A stretch of 64,000 nt of DNA from Eledone cirrhosa (lineage: Eukaryota): positions 98,952,001-99,016,000 of the forward strand of contig OZ024743.1 of the NCBI GenBank assembly GCA_964016885.1. Reading direction: 5' to 3'. The notes below the pieces were generated by a model, which saw nothing but the letters and a program-made list of their open reading frames with translations, did not search any database and was not told the DNA's origin. This document shows positions 56,400-64,000 of the stretch, in pieces. How positions within the stretch are numbered: the stretch's first letter is position 1; each line of letters starts with the position of its first letter. The position numbers and the translations under genes were made by a program.

Positions 56400-59300
56400 C
56401 TCCTGTTTACAGCATAAATTAACTACCTCCTGCTCTACAATCTTTCCTGTTTACAGCATACATCAACTACCTTCTGCTCTACAATCTCTCCTGTTTACAG
56501 CATACATCAACTACCTCCTGCTCTACAATCCTCCTCTTTACAGCATACATCAACTACCTTCTGTTCTACAATCTCTCCTCTTTACAGCATACATCAACTA
56601 CATTCTGCTCTACAACATCTCCTCTTTACAGCATACATCAACTACCTCCTGCTCTACAATCTCTCCTCTTTACAGCATACATCAACTACCTTCTGCTCTA
56701 CAATCTCTCCTCTTTACAACATACATCAACTATCTTCTGCTCTACAATCTCTACTCTTTACAGCATACATCAACTATCTCCTGCTCTACAATCTCTCCTG
56801 TTTACAGCATACATCAACTACCTCCTGCTCTACAATCTCTCCTCTTTACAGCATACATCAACTACCTTCTGCTCTACAATCTCTCCACTTTACAGCATAC
56901 ATCAACTATCTTCTGCTCTACAATCTCTCCTCTTTACAGCATACATCAACTACCTTCTGCTCTACAACCTCTCCTGTTTACAGCATACATCAACTACCTG
57001 CTGCTCTAGAATCTCTCCTCTTCACAGCATACATCAACTACCTTCTGCTCTACAACCTCTCCTATTTACAACATACATCAACCACCTTCTGCTCTACAAT
57101 ATCTCCTGTTTACAGCATACATCAACTACCTTCTGCTCTACAATCTCTCCTGTTTACAACATACATCAACTACCTTCTGCTCTACAATCTCCACTGTTTA
57201 GAGCATACATCAACTACCTTCTGCTCTACAACGTCTCCTATTTACAACATACATCAACTACCTCCTGCTCTACAAGCTCCACTGTTTAGAGCATACATCA
57301 ACTACCTTCTGCTCTACAACGTCTCCTATTTACAACATACATCAACTACCTTCTGCTCTACAATCTCCACTGTTTAGAGCATACATCAACTACCTTCTGC
57401 TCTACAACGTCTCCTATTTACAACATACATCAACTACCTCCTGCTCTACAAGCTCCACTGTTTACAGCATACATCAACTACCTTCTGCTCTACAACGTCT
57501 CCTGTTTACAGCATACATCAACTACCTGCTGCTCTAGAATCTCTCCTCTTTACAGCATACATCAACTACCTTCTGCTCTACAACCTCTCCTATTTACAGC
57601 ATACATCAAATACCTTCTGCTCTACAATCTCTCCTGTTTACAGCATACATCAACTACCTTCTGCTCTACAATCTCTCCTGTTTACAGCATACATCAACTA
57701 CCTGCTGCTCTACAATCTCTCCTGTTTACATCATACATCAACTACCTTCTGCCCTACAATCTCTCCTGTTTACAGCATACATCACCTACCTTCTGCTTTA
57801 CAATCTCTCCTGTTTACAACATACATCAACTACCTTCTGCTCTACAATCTCTCCTCTTTACAGCATACATCAACTAACTTCTTCTGTACAACCTCTCCTA
57901 TTTACAACATACATCAACTACCTTCTGCTCTACAATCTCTCCTCTTTACAGCATACATCAACTACCTTCTGCTCTACAATCTCTCCTGTTTACAGCATAC
58001 ATCAACTACCTGCTGCTCTACAATCTCTCCTGTTTACAGCATACATCAACAACCTGCTGCTCTACAATCTCTCCTCTTTACAGCATAAATTAACTACCTC
58101 CTGCTCTACAATCTTTCCTGTTTACAGCATACATCAACTACCTTCTGCTCTACAATCTCTCCTGTTTACAGCATACATCAACTACCTCCTGCTCTACAAT
58201 CCTCCTCTTTACAGCATACATCAACTACCTTCTGTTCTACAATCTCTCCTCTTTACAGCATACATCAACTACATTCTGCTCTACAACATCTCCTCTTTAC
58301 AGCATACATCAACTACCTCCTGCTCTACAATCTCTCCTCTTTACAGCATACATCAACTACCTTCTGCTCTACAATCTCTCCTCTTTACAACATACATCAA
58401 CTATCTTCTGCTCTACAATCTCTCCTCTTTACAGCATACATCAACTATCTCCTGCTCTACAATCTCTCCTGTTTACAGCATACATCAACTACCTCCTGCT
58501 CTACAATCTCTCCTCTTTACAGCATACATCAACTACCTTCTGCTCTACAATCTCTCCACTTTACAGCATACATCAACTATCTTCTGCTCTACAATCTCTC
58601 CTCTTTACAGCATACATCAACTACCTTCTGCTCTACAACCTCTCCTGTTTACAGCATACATCAACTACCTGCTGCTCTAGAATCTCTCCTCTTCACAGCA
58701 TACATCAACTACCTTCTGCTCTACAACCTCTCCTATTTACAACATACATCAACCACCTTCTGCTCTACAATATCTCCTGTTTACAGCATACATCAACTAC
58801 CTTCTGCTCTACAACCTCTCCTATTTACAACATACATCAACCACCTTCTGCTCTACAATATCTCCTGTTTACAGCATACATCAACTACCTTCTGCTCTAC
58901 AATCTCCACTGTTTAGAGCATACATCAACTACCTTCTGCTCTACAACGTCTCCTATTTACAACATACATCAACTACCTCCTGCTCTACAAGCTCCACTGT
59001 TTAGAGCATACATCAACTACCTTCTGCTCTACAACGTCTCCTGTTTACAGCATACATCAACTACCTGCTGCTCTAGAATCTCTCCTCTTTACAGCATACA
59101 TCAACTACCTTCTGCTCTACAACCTCTCCTATTTACAGCATACATCAAATACCTTCTGCTCTACAATCTCTCCTGTTTACAGCATACATCAACTACCTTC
59201 TGCTCTACAATCTCTCCTGTTTACAGCATACATCAACTACCTGCTGCTCTACAATCTCTCCTGTTTACATCATACATCAACTACCTTCTGCCCTACAATC

Positions 59301-59560
59301 TCTCCTGTTTACAGCATACATCACCTACCTTCTGCTTTACAATCTCTCCTGTTTACAACATACATCAACTACCTTCTGCTCTACAATCTCTCCTCTTTAC
59401 AGCATACATCAACTACCTTCTTCTGTACAACCTCTCCTATTTACAACATACATCAACTACCTTCTGCTCTACAATCTCTCCTCTTTACAGCATACATCAA
59501 CTACCTTCTGCTCTACAATCTCTCCTGTTTACAGCATACATCAACTACCTGCTGCTCTAC
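56400..59560. repeat. Tandem duplication, period ~1671 bp (38x44-1), with internal copy-number differences
   Basis: The AATCCTC 1-bp deletion is at 56530/58201, with a third copy at 61235. Shared variants: TACATTC..AACATC, AAGCTCCAC, CACCTACC..GCTTTAC, TTCTTCTGTAC. Confidence 0.8.
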
Positions 59561-62500
59561 AATCTCTCCTCTTTACAGCATACATCAACTACCTTCTGCT
59601 CTACAATCTCTCCTGTTTACAACATACATCAACTACCTTGTGCTCTACAATCTCTCCTGTTTACAGCATACATCAACAACCTTCTGCTCTACAATCTCTC
59701 CTGTTTACAACATACATCAACTACCTTGTGCTCTACAATCTCTCCTGTTTACAGCATACATCAACTACCTTCTGCTCTACAACCTCTCCTATTTACAACA
59801 TACATCAACTACCTTCTGCTCTACAATCTCTCCTGTTTACAGTATACATCAACTACCTTCTGCCCTACAATCTCTACTGTTTACAGCATACATCAACTAC
59901 CTACTGCTCTACAATCTCTCCTGTTTACAGCATACATCAACTACCTGCTGCTCTACAATCTCTCCTGTTTACAGCATACATCAACTACCTGCTGCTCTAC
60001 AATCTCTCCTGTTTACAGCATACATCAACAACCTGCTGCTCTACAATCTCTCCTCTTTACAGCATAAATTAACTACCTCCTGCTCTACAATCTTTCCTGT
60101 TTACAGCATACATCAACTACCTGCTGCTCTACAATCTCTCCTCTTTACAGCATACATCAACTACCTTCTGCTCTACAATCTCTCCTGTTTACAGCATACA
60201 TCAACTAACTTCTGCTCTACAATCTCTCCTGTTTACAGCATACATCAACTACCTGCTGGTCTACAATCTCTCCTGTTTACAGCATAAATTAACTACCTCC
60301 TGCTCTACAATCTTTCCTGTTTACAGCATACATCAACTACCTTCTGCTCTACAATCTCTCCTGTTTACAGCATACATCAACTACCTCCTGCTCTACAATC
60401 TCTCCTCTTTACAGCATACATCAACTACCTTCTGTTCTACAATCTCTCCTCTTTACAGCATACATCAACTACATTCTGCTCTACAACCTCTCCTCTTTAC
60501 AGCATACATCAACTACCTCCTGCTCTACAATCTCTCCTCTTTACAGCATACATCAACTACCTTCTGCTCTACAATCTCTCCTCTTTACAGCATACATCAA
60601 CTATCTTCTGCTCTACAATCTCTCCTCTTTACAGCATACATCAACTATCTCCTGCTCTACAATCTCTCCTGTTTACAGCATACATCAACTACCTCCTGCT
60701 CTACAATCTCTCCTCTTTACAGCATACATCAACTACCTTCTGCTCTACAATCTCTCCACTTTACAGCATACATCAACTATCTTCTGCTCTACAATCTCTC
60801 CTCTTTACAGCATACATCAACTACCTTCTGCTCTACAACCTCTCCTGTTTACAGCATACATCAACTACCTGCTGCTCTAGAATCTCTCCTCTTCACAGCA
60901 TACATCAACTACCTTCTGCTCTACAACCTCTCCTATTTACAACATACATCAACCACCTTCTGCTCTACAATCTCTCCTGTTTACAGCATACATCAACTAC
61001 CTTCTGCTCTACAATCTCTCCTGTTTACAGCATACATCAACTACCTGCTGCTCTACAATCTCTCCTGTTTACAGCATACATCAACAACCTGCTGCTCTAC
61101 AATCTCTCCTGTTTACAGCATAAATTAACTACCTCCTGCTCTACAATCTTTCCTGTTACAGCATACATCAACTACCTTCTGCTCTACAATCTCTCCTGTT
61201 TACAGCATACATCAACTACCTCCTGCTCTACAATCCTCCTCTTTACAGCATACATCAACTACCTTCTGTTCTACAATCTCTCCTCTCTACAGCATACATC
61301 AACTACATTCTGCTCTACAACATCTCCTCTTTACAGCATACATCAACTACCTCCTGCTCTACAATCTCTCCTCTTTACAGCATACATCAACTACCTTCTG
61401 CTCTACAATCTCTCCTCTTTACAACATACATCAACTATCTTCTGCTCTACAATCTCTCCTCTTTACAGCATACATCAACTATCTCCTGCTCTACAATCTC
61501 TCCTGTTTACAGCATACATCAACTACCTCCTGCTCTACAATCTCTCCTCTTTACAGCATACATCAACTACCTTCTGCTCTACAATCTCTCCACTTTACAG
61601 CATACATCAACTATCTTCTGCTCTACAATCTCTCCTCTTTACAGCATACATCAACTACCTTCTGCTCTACAACCTCTCCTGTTTACAGCATACATCAACT
61701 ACCTGCTGCTCTAGAATCTCTCCTCTTCACAGCATACATCAACTACCTTCTGCTCTACAACCTCTCCTATTTACAACATACATCAACCACCTTCTGCTCT
61801 ACAATATCTCCTGTTTACAGCATACATCAACTACCTTCTGCTCTACAATCTCTCCTGTTTACAACATACATCAACTACCTTCTGCTCTACAATCTCCACT
61901 GTTTAGAGCATACATCAACTACCTTCTGCTCTACAACGTCTCCTATTTACAACATACATCAACTACCTCCTGCTCTACAAGCTCCACTGTTTAGAGCATA
62001 CATCAACTACCTTCTGCTCTACAACGTCTCCTGTTTACAGCATACATCAACTACCTGCTGCTCTAGAATCTCTCCTCTTTACAGCATACATCAACTACCT
62101 TCTGCTCTACAACCTCTCCTATTTACAGCATACATCAACTACCTTCTGCTCTACAATCTCTCCTGTTTACATCATACATCAACTACCTTCTGCCCTACAA
62201 TCTCTCCTGTTTACAGCATACATCACCTACCTTCTGCTTTACAATCTCTCCTGTTTACAACATACATCAACTACCTTCTGCTCTACAATCTCTCCTCTTT
62301 ACAGCATACATCAACTACCTTCTTCTGTACAACCTCTCCTATTTACAACATACATCAACTACCTTCTGCTCTACAATCTCTCCTCTTTACAGCATACATC
62401 AACTACCTTCTGCTCTACAATCTCTCCTGTTTACAGCATACATCAACTACCTGCTGCTCTACAATCTCTCCTCTTTACAGCATACATCAACTACCTTCTG

Positions 62501-63930
62501 CTCTACAATCTCTCCTGTTTACAACATACATCAACTACCTTGTGCTCTACAATCTCTCCTGTTTACAGCATACATCAACTACCTTCTGCTCTACAATCTC
62601 TCCTGTTTACAACATACATCAACTACCTTGTGCTCTACAATCTCTCCTGTTTACAGCATACATCAACTACCTTCTGCTCTACAACCTCTCCTATTTACAA
62701 CATACATCAACTACCTTCTGCTCTACAATCTCTCCTGTTTACAGTATACATCAACTACCTTCTGCCCTACAATCTCTACTGTTTACAGCATACATCAACT
62801 ACCTACTGCTCTACAATCTCTCCTGTTTACAGCATACATCAACTACCTGCTGCTCTACAATCTCTCCTGTTTACAGCATACATCAACTACCTGCTGCTCT
62901 ACAATCTCTCCTGTTTACAGCATACATCAACAACCTGCTGCTCTACAATCTCTCCTCTTTACAGCATAAATTAACTACCTCCTGCTCTACAATCTTTCCT
63001 GTTTACAGCATACATCAACTACCTGCTGCTCTACAATCTCTCCTCTTTACAGCATACATCAACTACCTTCTGCTCTACAATCTCTCCTGTTTACAGCATA
63101 CATCAACTAACTTCTGCTCTACAATCTCTCCTGTTTACAGCATACATCAACTACCTGCTGGTCTACAATCTCTCCTGTTTACAGCATAAATTAACTACCT
63201 CCTGCTCTACAATCTTTCCTGTTTACAGCATACATCAACTACCTTCTGCTCTACAATCTCTCCTGTTTACAGCATACATCAACTACCTCCTGCTCTACAA
63301 TCTCTCCTCTTTACAGCATACATCAACTACCTTCTGTTCTACAATCTCTCCTCTTTACAGCATACATCAACTACATTCTGCTCTACAACCTCTCCTCTTT
63401 ACAGCATACATCAACTACCTCCTGCTCTACAATCTCTCCTCTTTACAGCATACATCAACTACCTTCTGCTCTACAATCTCTCCTCTTTACAGCATACATC
63501 AACTATCTTCTGCTCTACAATCTCTCCTCTTTACAGCATACATCAACTATCTCCTGCTCTACAATCTCTCCTGTTTACAGCATACATCAACTACCTCCTG
63601 CTCTACAATCTCTCCTCTTTACAGCATACATCAACTACCTTCTGCTCTACAATCTCTCCACTTTACAGCATACATCAACTATCTTCTGCTCTACAATCTC
63701 TCCTCTTTACAGCATACATCAACTACCTTCTGCTCTACAACCTCTCCTGTTTACAGCATACATCAACTACCTGCTGCTCTAGAATCTCTCCTCTTCACAG
63801 CATACATCAACTACCTTCTGCTCTACAACCTCTCCTATTTACAACATACATCAACCACCTTCTGCTCTACAATCTCTCCTGTTTACAGCATACATCAACT
63901 ACCTTCTGCTCTACAATCTCTCCTGTTTAC
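59250..63930. repeat. Block duplication, offset 2902 bp (66x44-2): ~59.25-61.03 kb recurs at ~62.15-63.93 kb
   Basis: ORF triplets 59638/59640/59726 and 62540/62542/62628 are all offset by 2902 and give near-identical peptides. CATCAT marker at 59268/62170. Confidence 0.9.
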
Positions 63931-64000
63931 AACATACATCAACTACCTTCTGCTCTACAATCTCCACTGTTTAGAGCATACATCAACTACCTTCTGCTCT

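Larger units (their letters stand above)
1..64000. repeat. 44-bp tandem satellite/minisatellite array, about 1460 head-to-tail monomers, extending beyond both window edges
   Basis: The consensus CAGCATACATCAACTACCTTCTGCTCTACAATCTCTCCTGTTTA recurs every 44 bp (clean copy at 661-704), typically with 0-4 substitutions per unit. The phase closes exactly: 1445x44 - 12 single-base deletions + 15x27 = 63973, and the last unit starts at 63974. Confidence 0.99.
29300..64000. repeat. Right variant domain (subfamily B) of the array, with subfamily-A islands up to ~39.6 kb
   Basis: New markers appear: CTAGAATC (first ~29548), GCCCTAC, ACTACGTT, CAAATATC and TTTCCAGC. GTTCTAC, CCTCTTTAC and AACCTC become frequent. 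CATAAATTAAC appears from ~43785. Boundary is approximate. Confidence 0.85.

Noticed and set aside
1054-63189. Dozens of long + strand ORFs (up to 1767 aa) as protein-coding genes
   Set aside because: They overlap in all three frames with the same peptide. The unit is not a multiple of 3, starts are chance TTG/GTG/ATG variants, there are no unique termini or domains, and stops and frameshifts are amplified along with the duplications.
1-64000. CRISPR array
   Set aside because: Units are contiguous with no unique spacers, there is no palindromic repeat, and no leader or cas genes are present.
1-64000. Minus-strand coding, including under a stop-reassigned genetic code
   Set aside because: Each monomer has TAA, two TAG and TGA across all frames. 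Reassigning TAA/TAG or TGA alone still leaves regular stops, and nothing else supports coding.
1-64000. Telomeric repeat, tRNA/5S/snRNA tandem genes, or a named satellite (alpha, CENP-B box)
   Set aside because: No telomere motif, Pol III box, foldable structure or CENP-B box is recognisable, and the unit matches no family I can name.
1-64000. Embedded transposon, inversion or unique island
   Set aside because: The monomer phase closes exactly across the window with deletions only, leaving no room for an insertion, and no G-rich inverted segment was seen.
1-64000. Rolling-circle/concatemer or sequencing-error artefact
   Set aside because: Variants recur in ordered multi-monomer haplotypes at exact offsets and indels are rare, which fits an evolved array rather than random error. 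The copy number of individual blocks still needs read support.
1-64000. Diversity-generating retroelement or antigenic-variation cassettes
   Set aside because: There is no reverse transcriptase, recombinase or expression locus, and variation is not adenine-specific.

Overview
The whole 64 kb is one uninterrupted, single-orientation tandem array (satellite/minisatellite DNA). Its 44-bp monomer consensus is CAGCATACATCAACTACCTTCTGCTCTACAATCTCTCCTGTTTA (A11 C15 G3 T15; 41% GC; strongly G-poor + strand). Tracking the phase by hand gives about 1460 monomers: 1445 of 44/43 bp, 15 copies of a 27-bp deletion monomer, and a final partial unit. The array runs off both window ends. I see no unique sequence, gene, RNA gene, transposon or CRISPR array. 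The long ORFs in the track come from the repeat itself: the + strand consensus has no stop codon in any frame, and because 44 is not a multiple of 3 all frames give the same 44-aa peptide. The real structure is internal. There are two variant domains (left ~1-29.3 kb, right ~29.3-64 kb) with an interleaved transition zone, nested kb-scale block duplications (periods 1671, 1980, 2518, 2667, 2902, ~3442-3486, ~3545-3589 and 25271 bp), and a 17-bp deletion whose apparent precursor is still in the array. I cannot name the organism or satellite family; a eukaryotic origin is an inference. I found no convincing novel protein-based system.
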